From: a virus
Taxonomy: Duplodnaviria; Heunggongvirae; Uroviricota; Caudoviricetes
DNA: 52,019 bases
IMG/VR virus record: IMGVR_UViG_3300035655_000051
Span: 98,232-150,250 of that record
Direction: 5' to 3' (one strand)
The position numbers and the translations under genes are program-made. Below, in pieces: positions 10,659 to 20,941 of the stretch; position 1 is the stretch's first letter, and every line of letters starts with the position of its first letter. The notes beneath the pieces are model-generated. The model made no database searches. It saw only the letters and a list, made by a program, of their open reading frames with translations, and was not told the DNA's origin.

Positions 10659-10687
10659 TATTCCAAAACAAAAAGGAAGTGTTTATT

Positions 10688-11176
10688 ATAAAAATCTTAG
10701 CTTTTGACCAAGCGCTGATAAAGACCGGCGTCTGTACATTAGACGACGGCACTGTATATCACTCACTGATCGATTTAAGTAAAACCAAAGACCCAGTTGA
10801 GCGTCGCGCTATTATGCGCCAGATGATACAGAGTCGCATCAAAACCAATAACCCCGATCTTGTCGTGATTGAAGACGTAGCGCTGCAAGCATCAGCTAAG
10901 ACAGTAATTCAGCTTGCGCAGTTGCAGGGGGCGATTATTGGAGCGTGTGAACTATTCAATATCCCATATGAAATCATAAAGCCGACTGAATGGCGCAAAA
11001 TGCTCGATTTCAAACAGGGGCGGCAAGTAAAACGCCCAGAACTAAAACAGCAGGCTATTGATTATGTAGCCGAACATTATGGTGAGAATGTCTCTTCTGA
11101 TGAAGCGGACGCGATGTGTATTGCGACTGCCGCACTGATGAGACTTGAACGAAATAAAATTACACAGGAGGACTAA
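10688..11176 (+). CDS. ruvC: RuvC-like Holliday junction resolvase
   Basis: Catalytic pattern ILAFDQ..TG, VVIED, SDEADA. Start probably ATA at 10688 (or GTG at 10679) after AAGGAAG, rather than 10625. Confidence 0.85.
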   Translation: MKILAFDQALIKTGVCTLDDGTVYHSLIDLSKTKDPVERRAIMRQMIQSRIKTNNPDLVVIEDVALQASAKTVIQLAQLQGAIIGACELFNIPYEIIKPTEWRKMLDFKQGRQVKRPELKQQAIDYVAEHYGENVSSDEADAMCIATAALMRLERNKITQED

Positions 11177-11181
11177 TAATT

Positions 11182-11703
11182 ATGAAATATAATCTGAACC
11201 TAGAAGAGCGCATCCAGTTTGTTGATGGTGTTGTAGACCTGTCAAAGCGTAATGGCAAGTATGATCCCGCACTATATGATTATGCTTTCCGTATTGCTGC
11301 TGTTGTCTACTTTACAGACACTGATACAACTGGCATGGATCAGAACGCGCTGAGCGAGTTGGCGTTTTCTGATGAAACCACAAAGATGATGAACGAGGCT
11401 CCTCGCAAGTATATTCTTGGCACGCTGAACAAGGCTTGCCGTGAGAAGATCGAGATTGAACGTCAGCAGTATATGGCACTGTTCGAGGCAACTGCAAAAA
11501 ATCAGCCGTTTGAGGAGTTGATGAAGTTGGCATCCGATGTGCTGAATGGTATTGGTGAGCAGTTTAATATGAAGGAAATGATCAAAACTATTTCTGAAGA
11601 GAACATGACAAAGCCCGTTTTCGATAACAGCTATAGTGTTAAAACTCCAGAAGGCGCACTTGATGGAATTCACGCCACAGTGGTCACCGAAGACAAGGAG
11701 TAA
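11182..11703 (+). CDS. Hypothetical protein (possible tail assembly chaperone)
   Basis: 173 aa, helical, AGGAGG RBS, upstream of the tape measure gene. Confidence 0.55.
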   Translation: MKYNLNLEERIQFVDGVVDLSKRNGKYDPALYDYAFRIAAVVYFTDTDTTGMDQNALSELAFSDETTKMMNEAPRKYILGTLNKACREKIEIERQQYMALFEATAKNQPFEELMKLASDVLNGIGEQFNMKEMIKTISEENMTKPVFDNSYSVKTPEGALDGIHATVVTEDKE

Positions 11704-11707
11704 GATT

Positions 11708-12172
11708 ATGGCAAAGTTTACAGCTACCACGGTGGATGCTCTTCAGACTGAAATCATGAGACGTGCAAATCTGGCACTAAAAAACGAAATTGCAAGCACT
11801 GTAAAAGAGCGGCTTAAAACTCATGTGCAGAAAGATGTGTATTCAACCTACTCCCCCGTCAAATATGAACGGCGCGAGGGATCTGGTGGCTTAGTAGACG
11901 ATAAAAATCTAAAACACAAAGTTCGAGATCGCACGCTATATGTGTATGAAGAGGCACCTATTGATGGACCGCGCTTAGACGCTCCAAATTTCAAAAACAA
12001 ACCAGACAGTTTAGCACGCATAATTGAAGAGGGCGCTTACAATCCGTGGAATTATAGAAAATATAAGTGGACAAAACCACGTCCATTCATGGAAAACACA
12101 CAAGATGACATCGATTATCGATACGCTGATATTGTAAAGCTACTAAAAAATCGAATCGAGCACGACAAATAA
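11708..12172 (+). CDS. HK97 gp10-like tail completion protein
   Basis: C-terminal KPRPFMENT motif; ATG at 11708 after AAGGAG. Confidence 0.6.
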   Translation: MAKFTATTVDALQTEIMRRANLALKNEIASTVKERLKTHVQKDVYSTYSPVKYERREGSGGLVDDKNLKHKVRDRTLYVYEEAPIDGPRLDAPNFKNKPDSLARIIEEGAYNPWNYRKYKWTKPRPFMENTQDDIDYRYADIVKLLKNRIEHDK

Positions 12173-12182
12173 TTAAAAAGAT

Positions 12183-12211
12183 GAGCAGACTTATTAAAGC
12201 CTGCTTTTTTT
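12183..12211 (+). terminator. Terminator-like hairpin before the tape measure gene
   Basis: AGCAGACTT-atta-AAGCCTGCT followed by a T-run. Confidence 0.55.
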
Positions 12212-12239
12212 AGATTCGGCTCCAAAGGAGGAATATAAT

Positions 12240-15200
12240 ATGGCGCGTGAACCAGAACTAAGTATTAAAGTCAAAGTAGATCCACAAATCAAACCAACAG
12301 AATTAAAGACAAGCATTGAGCGAAAAGTAAAACAAAGCGGTGAAAAGCCACAGATTGATATTGACCCTAATGTTGATGGCATAAAAAAGAAGGTCGAAGA
12401 TAAATTAAAAAACATCAAGGCAACTGCAAGTATAACGCCTGTTGTCGATACTGAAAAACTAAAAACTGATATTCAACAGCAAATTAACGGTATTGGCGAT
12501 ATCCCGAAAGTTACGGTTGGTGTTAACGTTGATGATTTTAGTGATGAACTCAGTAAACGACTCAAAGAAGAATTAAAATCAGTCAATGACAAACTGTCTT
12601 ATTACTTAAAAAATCTCACAACAAATACAGCTGGTTTAAACAGTGTCGTAGAAGGGTTATTTCCAAGTCGTGGCATTTCAAATGCTGTTCAGTCCGAATT
12701 AAAATCAGTTCAGGCAGAATTAACCGCAGGACTAAAAGGCGTAAAGAGTAAAGTAAAACCATTCAAAGAAACAGATCTTTTTCAAATTGGAGATACAGAG
12801 AGCACGACAACAATCCGACGGGTTGAAAAATTGGTTAAAAACATTAGAGACCAATTTGCAAGTCTTGATAATTTTTATGATGCAGATGAAGAAAAGTTTC
12901 TTGATGGATTTAATAGTGAGTTTGAAAAATTTCAAAACAACGCATCCGAAACAGTAGAAAAATTATCTGCTCTAAAAAAGAATTTAAGTAAAGACAAATT
13001 CAGTGATCTTCTTGACAATGAGGATTTTGATGCCGAGTCAACAACAAAGGCCCTTACTCCTCTTATTTCTTTTTTAAAGAAACTCTCAACTGCATCGATA
13101 AAAACAGGAGAAGACTACGATAATTTATATGCACTGTTTAACAACAAAAATACAAACAAACTATTTGACGAGTCCAACGATCATTTAACTAGAATGAAAA
13201 CGCGAGTTGGTGACATCACGGCTGAGACAAAAACTGCTATAGAAGTCACAGGCGAACTCGCTAAAACACTTAATAAAGCTATTAAGGATGACAATTCCGG
13301 TTATCTAAGTGATGCAGAAATAAAGACGTATGGTGCTGCTTTTGATGAAGTTTTGAGCAATATTGCAACAAAACAGGAAGAGATCAATACCCAAAAGCAA
13401 AGAACAGTCGAATTAGAAAATGATCTGTTGACAAAAACAAGATCCAATCGAGAAGCTCTCAAACAAGAACTTGAAGAGTATAAAAATCTATTGAAATCCT
13501 TTGGTGTAAAGGGAGACGAAGATGAGGGTAATCCGAAAGGTAAACCAAAACCGAAAAGCAAAGAACCGGACAAAACTCCATCCCAGAAACCAGCAGAAGA
13601 GCCAAAGGCTGAAAATCAAGACGCTCTAAATAACGGAATCGCTAAAATTCAAGCAATCGTATTTGATATCAATCAAGAGGAACTTCAAAAGTCTATTGAT
13701 ACAATTTTTGCTAAAGTTTCTGCTCCTATCGGATTCAAACCTGCTAATGGCGCTATTGCGAACATAAAGCAGCAACTACAAGAAGCATTTAGTGATATTG
13801 AAATCAATACAACTAATGTGAATTTGCAAAATTCTAAAACCGAAAACACCTCTCCAAAATATCATATATTAAACAAGGACGAGTTGCATAAGTTAGATAT
13901 GGAATTAAGGATGGGTAGTAGTCTTACTTTTACAGATTATAAACAGGGTATAGATAGGTTTATAAGAGCAGATTTTGGAAAGAAGTCCGGATTCCCAGAA
14001 CTTGAGCCTCATGAAATATCAATAGAATTAGCCAAAGAGTTAGGCAACGCCATGAAAAGTTATGACAATGGTAGCCGCAATAATAGTGTTATTGATATCA
14101 TAAAAAAATATGGTGCTAAAACTGATAATGATGGCAACATAATAGATTTTGAAGAATTTGTAAAAGATGCTTCCTACAAATTCTTTGGACCTAAAAATCG
14201 AAATAAAATCACTTCTCAAAATGCAGCAAGACTTCAAGAGATGCTACAGTCTCAAGACAAAGAAATACAAGCATACGCTTCATTTATTGAAAAACTAAAT
14301 TCAAAACTTGTTGAAAGCAAACAGTTTGGACCTCGCGCATATTTTGACGATTCTGATTCGCAATTCTATTATAGTTTATCTCCTGATGAGCAAAATGCTT
14401 TCTCTAATTTTCAGACTAAATCATATTTGGATAAATTTGAGCGTAATTTACACGCCAATCTTGTCGAGCCGGTAGATATTTCAGGTTCAAGTGGATATTA
14501 TTTTAACGATATCAACACTATGGTTGCCGAAATCTACAACCTAGCACAACAGCGTCTTATTCAATCTGTCGGAGATTTGTCAGGACAGACCGAGGCAGTA
14601 AAAGATCAAACTTCTATCCCCGGTAAGGTCACTATCACAGATGCAGATGTTATCGTCGATGTCAAAAATCCAGTAACAATTCCCGGCACTGTCACGGTTG
14701 ATCCGACTTCTGTTCAACTAGGTAATTCTGATGACCTTCAGAAAAATGCCAATGCTCTATCGTCTGTAAAGCAAAGTCTAAATAAAATTTCTACAAGCGC
14801 TGAAGACTATGGCACAAAAATAGCAACTATTGGTCCATCTGTTCAGTATGTCGCACAGGAAGTCGATAATCTCAGCAAGTCTCTTGAGAATCAAATCACA
14901 GACTTGGATCTTATCGCTAAAAAGACAGATGCCTACGGAACCACGGCCAATTCTATCACTCTGAACACAAAAGATGTGGCTGCTCCGACTGCACCGGTTA
15001 ATATTCCCGGCAAGGTAACTCTTAAAGTAGAAGACGTGACACCTCCGAAGGGTTCTGTAAAGATTCCCGGCAAGGTCGAACTCGAGGTTTCTGATATCAC
15101 TCCACCGAAAACGGCAATCGAATTGGAAGGTAAAGTGTCTAACGTTACAGTTGACAATTCCGCCAAGGGCAAAAAGAAGAATGTCAAGGATGATGTTAAA

Positions 15201-18200
15201 AAGCCTGAAGTTATTGATTTGAAGGGAAGGGTCGAACTCAAGGACGAGGATATCAAGAGACCTAATCCTCTGAACCTCAATGGCGCAGTAAAAATCAAAG
15301 CGGCCGATGTTAAGATTGACGATGTTGAGATTTCGAAAAAGAAATTTGACATTAAGGGCAATTTGATTCTGAAGAATGCGGAGATTGTCAATGCAGTAAA
15401 AGAAGCGGCTGGTGAAGCAGCAAAAATCAAAAAGAAAAACAACCCTACCGAGAACAGTAGCAAAGGATCAGAAGAAAAAGCGTCTGATTTTGATCGCAAA
15501 GCGAAAGAAGCCCATCTTGGGTGGCTTATTTCCAATATTGGAGAAAATAGAACATATTTACAGAGCGCAATTTCAAATAAAGATTCAAACAAAAGATCTT
15601 GGTATGCAGGAAAAATTGCAGACTATGAAAAGGATTTTGAAGAAACAACAAGAGAACTCATCGAAAATCTCACAGAAGAAGAGCAGGATTGGATCAAATC
15701 TTTAAAAGGTATAAAAGATTTAGATCTCAATGATCCAAAACAGATCGATGAACTCATGGCAGATAAAACAATCTCGTGGCCATGGGAAGAAAGCGGCTCT
15801 TATTTAAACGGTACATTAAAAGCTGCCAATATGGCAGGATTTTATAATGTTTCTGAAACCGATAAAGCTAAAAAGAGAAATAGCTATGAAAAAGAATATA
15901 TTGAGTTAATAAAACAAAAACCGGCATTAATTAAAGCTGCTGCGGAAGCTAAAAAGCAATACGGCGAAGACAGTGGCGCCTATAAGGATGCTGTAAAGGC
16001 AAAAAAAGAAAATGAAGATGCTCTACGTGCTATTAAGGCTGATAGGCAAAAAGCCGGTGCCCCGAGAGGAATTGTTGGTGGTGGCTATTCAAACTCCCCT
16101 GCTGTCCAAAGCACATTGGCTGACATTCATAAACAAGTTCAAAAAAGGCGTTCAGAATTATTGTTACAAAAAGCAAAAGATTCTAAAAGCGCTGATAACA
16201 AACAGGTTCAGCAAGCCAAAAAAATTCTATCAGACGCATTTATTGAACAGGCAAGAGCTTATGCTAATGGACTAAAGGAATCTGCGAAGTACAATGATGA
16301 CGACGCCTCTGAATCCGCAAAAACTGCTCGTCAACAGATGCAAGATGCTTTTGATTCCGCTAATGATAAATTTTTAGATTTACTTGATGTCCTTTCTGGA
16401 GACGAAATTGATCAGCTTACATTAAGAACAAAGAAGGAACTTGATTCTGCAAATATAATTGTAGAGCGTCGAACTTCGAAGCGCATTGATAACAATAACA
16501 AACTTCAAGATAATCGCTACCAGAATCTTATTGATAATTTATCAAATAAGCAAAAAACTTATGGAACCGTAGAAGAGGGTAAAACAGCGACGGATATTCA
16601 AGTTGCGCTTCAAAAGCAGCAAGAACTTGTATCACAGATTGCCAAAGCAAAGGTTGGTACAGAAGAGTACAACAACGCAATTCAAGCCGCAGAAGAAAAC
16701 TGGAAATCTGTTGTGGCAATTATAGACACTGTAGAAAAGAAGCAAAAAGACCTTGCGAAAGCCGTCGATAGTATTGAAAAGAAATTCTATCAGCTTGCAG
16801 AAGAAGCCTCTGGCAGCTCTAATGAGAAATTAAAGAACTCTATCAATGGAGTCATCACAAAAGCGGCTACACTTAGTGCTCAAAACCCAAACACATATGA
16901 GAATTATGCAGTTGATTATAATGAGTTAAAGCGTGAATCTTACAAAGCCAACGCGCAATACACCATTTGGAAGAGCAATTATAAGAAACTTGAGCGCGAA
17001 GGCATCAAAATCGCCGAGGGTGTTGAAGTTGCTCGACAGATGCAGACCGATGGAAGTCTTCAGAATGTCAAATTTGATAGTATCGATAATCTTCTTAGGC
17101 AGTTAAATGAGCTTGAGCCTCAGACTGACGCTTATAAAGAAAAACTTGTAGAAGTCAAAAAGATTTGGGAAGAAATCGAAAGAAAAGTTAAAGCCGTCGA
17201 AGAGGCGGAAAACCAAGCCGCAAAACGAGAAAGTACAAAGGCGGCAAATTTAACCTCTGTTGGAAATGCCATATCTCAAAATAGGGCTACAATGAAGGAC
17301 GTCCAGAAGAATTATGGTACTGATTATTCTTTTTATGGTAAGCTGCAAGAAAAAGATTCAAAGCTCAAAACTTTACTTGACACAGTAAATGAATCTTCAG
17401 ATCCGGTATCCGCTGCCAAAGGATGGGCACAGAATAACCTTGGTATATCTCCAGATAAAATTAATTCTGTAACGGATGCAATAAATCAATTAAACATCGC
17501 ATATAGAGAGGCAACACAAGAAGCAAAAGATTTCAATAAAGAAGCTTCTCGTGAAAAATCTATAAATAAGGCATCAATGGAAGTCGCTAATTTGAAGGCA
17601 ACTATTCATGATTATATTGCCGAACATAAAAAGCTTGAAGGAACAGATGTTGGGAAGTCTCTCTACGAGTTGCTTGAAGCATTGAATCAAAGCGATGCAC
17701 CAGAGAAAATTGGCGAATTGAAAAAGAAATATGCAGAGCTTCGCGCCGAATCTAAAAAGTTGGGTCTTGAATCAAGAAATCTACTTGATGTGTTTGAAAA
17801 ACTGTTTGGTCAGCATTTGAGCACTATGATCACTATGGCAGCACTGCACAAGATGCAAGACGCGCTGCGGATCGTGTATCAGAATGTGGTCGAGATTGAT
17901 ACGGCAGTAACTGAGTTAAGAAAAGTCAGTGAATATACAGGAAAGTCCCTTGAAGAGTATATGGGACGTGCCGCAGAACAGGCTCAAAAGTTAGGCGTAT
18001 CTATAAGTGACTATGTTAATTCAACTGCAGATTGGAAGCGGCTTGGTTATTCTGATGAAGACGCCGAGAATTTAGCAACCTACTCTACCCTACTTCGTAA
18101 CGTTGGTGATAATATCGATGATGTTAACACCTCGTCTTCATATTTGATTTCTACTCTGCAAGGCTTTGGGCTGTTAGCCGATCAAGCAGAAGATGTCGTT

Positions 18201-18368
18201 AACAAAATTGACGCTGTGGCAAACACGCAGCCTGTTACTGCAAAAGACCTTGGCGAAATCTTGACTCGCAGTTCTGCTGCTATGTCGGCCGCTAATAATA
18301 CGCTGGAAGAAACTATTGCACTTGGTACTGCTGCAAACTCAGTTATCCAAGATGCAGATACGGTCGGT
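12240..18368 (+). CDS. Tail tape measure protein, exon 1 (2043 codons)
   Basis: Long coiled-coil ending in the TP901-type tape measure core (EIDTAVTELRKV...DADTVG). The unspliced ORF stops 7 codons into intron 1. Confidence 0.9.
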
Positions 18369-18639
18369 AAAGTATATGCCGACGCTGCCTAGTAATAGGT
18401 AGCTAGAAAAATTAGCTATATCGGTCAAAATCCAGAAGTGGACAAGACCGAGGTAAGTGAAAACACGCACCGTAGAGACTGTAATACCTTATATGGTAAC
18501 ATATAGGGTTTAGCTATCCCCTATTATTCTTTCTAGGGTGAAGATCCAGTCCGAACTCACGATATAACAAAATGAAACGTGAGAGGTAGCCAGAAATGAC
18601 TGCCCGCCATAGAAATATGGTTATAAAAGTAACAGCTTG
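18369..18639 (+). ncRNA. Group I intron 1 (271 nt, ORF-less) in the tape measure gene
   Basis: P1 GTCGGT/GCCGAC with a U-G pair at the 5' splice site. P7 GAGACTG (18475-18481) pairs with CAGTCC (18547-18552) after an AAGAT J8/7. P9-type hairpins, terminal G at 18639. Removal gives in-frame ...DADTVG|TTLKSLSMYLR.... Confidence 0.92.
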
Positions 18640-19203
18640 ACAACTTTAAAAAGTTTATCAATGTATCTCCGTGCAGCTAAAAGTGACGCAGAGAATGCAG
18701 GCATTGAAGTTGACGGTATGGCCAATTCTGTGTCTGAGCTCCGCAGTGAACTAAAATCTCTGACTGGCGTTGACATCATGCTAGATAGCAAAAATTTCAA
18801 GAGTACATATCAAATCATGAAAGAGCTGTCTCAAGTATGGAGTGGTCTGTCCGATGTAACGCAAGCAAATGTCACTGAAATGATTGGCGGAAAGAGAAAC
18901 GCAAATGCAGTTAGTGCTATTCTAAACAATTTTGATGTTGCTGAATCTGCTATGGAATCCGCTGCTAACAGCGACAACGTGGCATGGGAAGAGAATGAGA
19001 AGTGGCTCGACAGTATCCAAGGCCGCCTTGGGCAACTCGACGCAAGCTTCCAAGTCCTTTCTCAAGACGTTCTCTCTTCCGACCTCGTAAAGGGCGGCGT
19101 ATCTTTCCTCACATCGATTGTTAAACTTCTTGATAAAATCATTAATCTCACTGGTGCCCTTCCTGCTGGATTGGGCATCGCAGCATTTGCAACTCAGCTG
19201 GGT
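18640..19203 (+). CDS. Tail tape measure protein, exon 2 (188 codons)
   Basis: Continues the tape measure core (LTGVDIM..FKSTYQIMKELSQVW, IGGKRNANAVSAIL); bounded by two phase-0 splice sites. Confidence 0.9.
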
Positions 19204-19594
19204 GAACCCAAAATGACGGGTTTCATGATTGTGCCCAGCAATACTCCGGGTGGTGACACGGAACAAGTGCTCCGCAGGTATTTTATTATATCATTGCGAA
19301 GCATGAGGGAGTATTTAGTAAAACCGACGAACATGGTGGCCTAGCCACGGCGAGTTTGGGTAATTCTCGTCCGGGAACCGAAAGGAATCCGCAGGCAAGC
19401 TCTGCATGTGCCTACATTATTATAATAGGCACTGCCAGAGACGCTTCAGAGAGCATAATGTCGGAGTGGAGCTACGTGCGCAACAACGCCACAGATTCAC
19501 TATGGGGTGCTCCAAATCACTGCTACGCAATCAAGCGCACGCAGGAAAAATTACAGGCGGTCTTTCCCCTGCCGTCAAAAGTGGAGAATAAAAT

Positions 19595-19623
19595 TTGACA
19601 GAAGAATTATTATGTGATAGTAT
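19595..19623 (+). promoter_or_regulatory. Sigma70-type promoter for the first cargo operon
   Basis: TTGACA-17 nt-TAGTAT with an extended TG. Confidence 0.7.
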
Positions 19624-19635
19624 CAGGAGGAAAGT

Positions 19636-19869
19636 ATGGACGAAAAAATCAAAAAGATTTGTGAAGAATATGCATGGGCGTGGTATTTTGATCTTCCGCA
19701 TAGACTAGAGTGGCAGAATAAATATTTTCAAGCACGCAGAGGGCTTTCCGAAGAAGAAAAAATTTCTGTAACTGAATACTTTTGTAAATGCCAAAACAAG
19801 AATGAAAAACTTCTTCCACAAATTGATTATGTTGGTCCATTTGAATCCTATTTAATTAAAGAGGAATGA
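19636..19869 (+). CDS. Intron cargo: hypothetical protein, 77 aa
   Basis: AGGAGG RBS, own promoter, AT-rich. Confidence 0.7.
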   Translation: MDEKIKKICEEYAWAWYFDLPHRLEWQNKYFQARRGLSEEEKISVTEYFCKCQNKNEKLLPQIDYVGPFESYLIKEE

Positions 19870-19873
19870 GATA

Positions 19874-20359
19874 ATGTCTGAGCTGAAGACGTATACCTTT
19901 GTATATGATGAGATTGCAAAATTGATTATAATCCCAGTAATATTCAAAACTAATAATTGCATGATGAAGGTAAAAACGCTCATTGATACTGGCGCTGCTG
20001 CAAGTTATATTTCAAGTTTTGTTTCTACATCTTTAAATCTTCAACTTACAGGAAACGTATATCACGTTAAATTTGGAGAAGATGACGCAACTCGTCCTTC
20101 TGTTTATGCTAATTTGATATTGTCTTCTGATATTTGCTTTTCAAACAAAGAGTTAACCGTTCTCAAAGATGAACCTCGTGCTTATGATGCCATTATTGGC
20201 ATGGATATCTTGTCGAAAACGGATTATTCCGTAAGCAATTATAACGGTCATACCACGTTCAGCCTTCGTATACCATCACAAGCAGAGATAAAATACGGAG
20301 AAACAGAAGACATCGATTTACTAATGGACAAAATTGAAGATGCTCTTCTTTCGACATAA
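19874..20359 (+). CDS. Intron cargo: retropepsin-like aspartyl protease
   Basis: LIDTGA catalytic motif and downstream AIIGMDIL motif of clan AA single-domain aspartic proteases. Confidence 0.85.
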   Translation: MSELKTYTFVYDEIAKLIIIPVIFKTNNCMMKVKTLIDTGAAASYISSFVSTSLNLQLTGNVYHVKFGEDDATRPSVYANLILSSDICFSNKELTVLKDEPRAYDAIIGMDILSKTDYSVSNYNGHTTFSLRIPSQAEIKYGETEDIDLLMDKIEDALLST

Positions 20360-20365
20360 TCTATA

Positions 20366-20394
20366 TTGACACGGCATGCGCCGCAAGCTATAAT
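20366..20394 (+). promoter_or_regulatory. Perfect consensus sigma70 promoter
   Basis: TTGACA-17 nt-TATAAT upstream of the 110-aa gene. Confidence 0.85.
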
Positions 20395-20450
20395 AAAAAT
20401 ATCAAAAAAACAATGCGCAAACAAAACGCATGTAGTGGAGGTATTTTATT

Positions 20451-20783
20451 ATGGCACGTCCTAAAGGAAGCAAGAATAAAGCAAATACAGCTGCAGTTGT
20501 TGATTACGAAGCTATGATTGCAGAGAAAAACGCTGCTATTGAAGCAACCAACAGTGAGATCGCATCTATCACTGCAAATATTGATACGCTGAAGGGCGAT
20601 CTGAAAACACGCAAAGTAGAACTTAAAAAACTGAACAAAGATATTGCAAAATTGGAGTCCAAGAAATCTGCCGCCGATCAGAAGGCCGCTGAAGCTGCTG
20701 CTGAAAAAGAAGCCATTGATCTTGTGAAGAAGGCATTGGCAGGTGGCACCACTGTTGATGAAATCATTGAACTGCTGAAATAA
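20451..20783 (+). CDS. Intron cargo: small coiled-coil protein with AT-hook-like N-terminus
   Basis: MARPKGSKNK followed by a Lys/Ala/Glu-rich coiled coil; GGAGG RBS; own promoter and terminator. Confidence 0.8.
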   Translation: MARPKGSKNKANTAAVVDYEAMIAEKNAAIEATNSEIASITANIDTLKGDLKTRKVELKKLNKDIAKLESKKSAADQKAAEAAAEKEAIDLVKKALAGGTTVDEIIELLK

Positions 20784-20817
20784 CGGCTGCACCGCAAGGT
20801 GTTGTCGTAATGAACAA

Positions 20818-20857
20818 GCCCGACTTCCCTACTGCTGGGAGGTCGGGCGTTTTATTT
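20818..20857 (+). terminator. Strong intrinsic terminator between the convergent cargo units
   Basis: GCCCGACTTCCC-tactgct-GGGAGGTCGGGC followed by GTTTTATTT. Confidence 0.8.
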
Positions 20858-20941
20858 ATGCCATTTTAGTCAGTTACAACTTACCACTCATACATATAGT
20901 TCTTGTGGTAGAATTATTTACTGGGTTTGCTGGCGGTACAA

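Noticed and set aside
11182..12172. Programmed -1 frameshift tail chaperone pair
   Set aside because: No clear slippery heptamer at the ORF end, and the downstream gene has its own RBS and a gp10-like motif.
18369..18639. Tape measure pseudogene, frameshift or assembly error
   Set aside because: The gap has full group I intron pairings and its removal restores the frame and a conserved motif exactly.
19527..19533. GCAATCA as a nearby P10 partner / 3' splice site
   Set aside because: It is only about 13 nt after P7 and is preceded by C rather than the required terminal G; at most a folding decoy.
19204..19598. ORFs 19356-19598, 19406-19591 and the C-terminal extension of 18637-19344
   Set aside because: They overlap the structured ribozyme core, lack RBSs and have no protein-like features.
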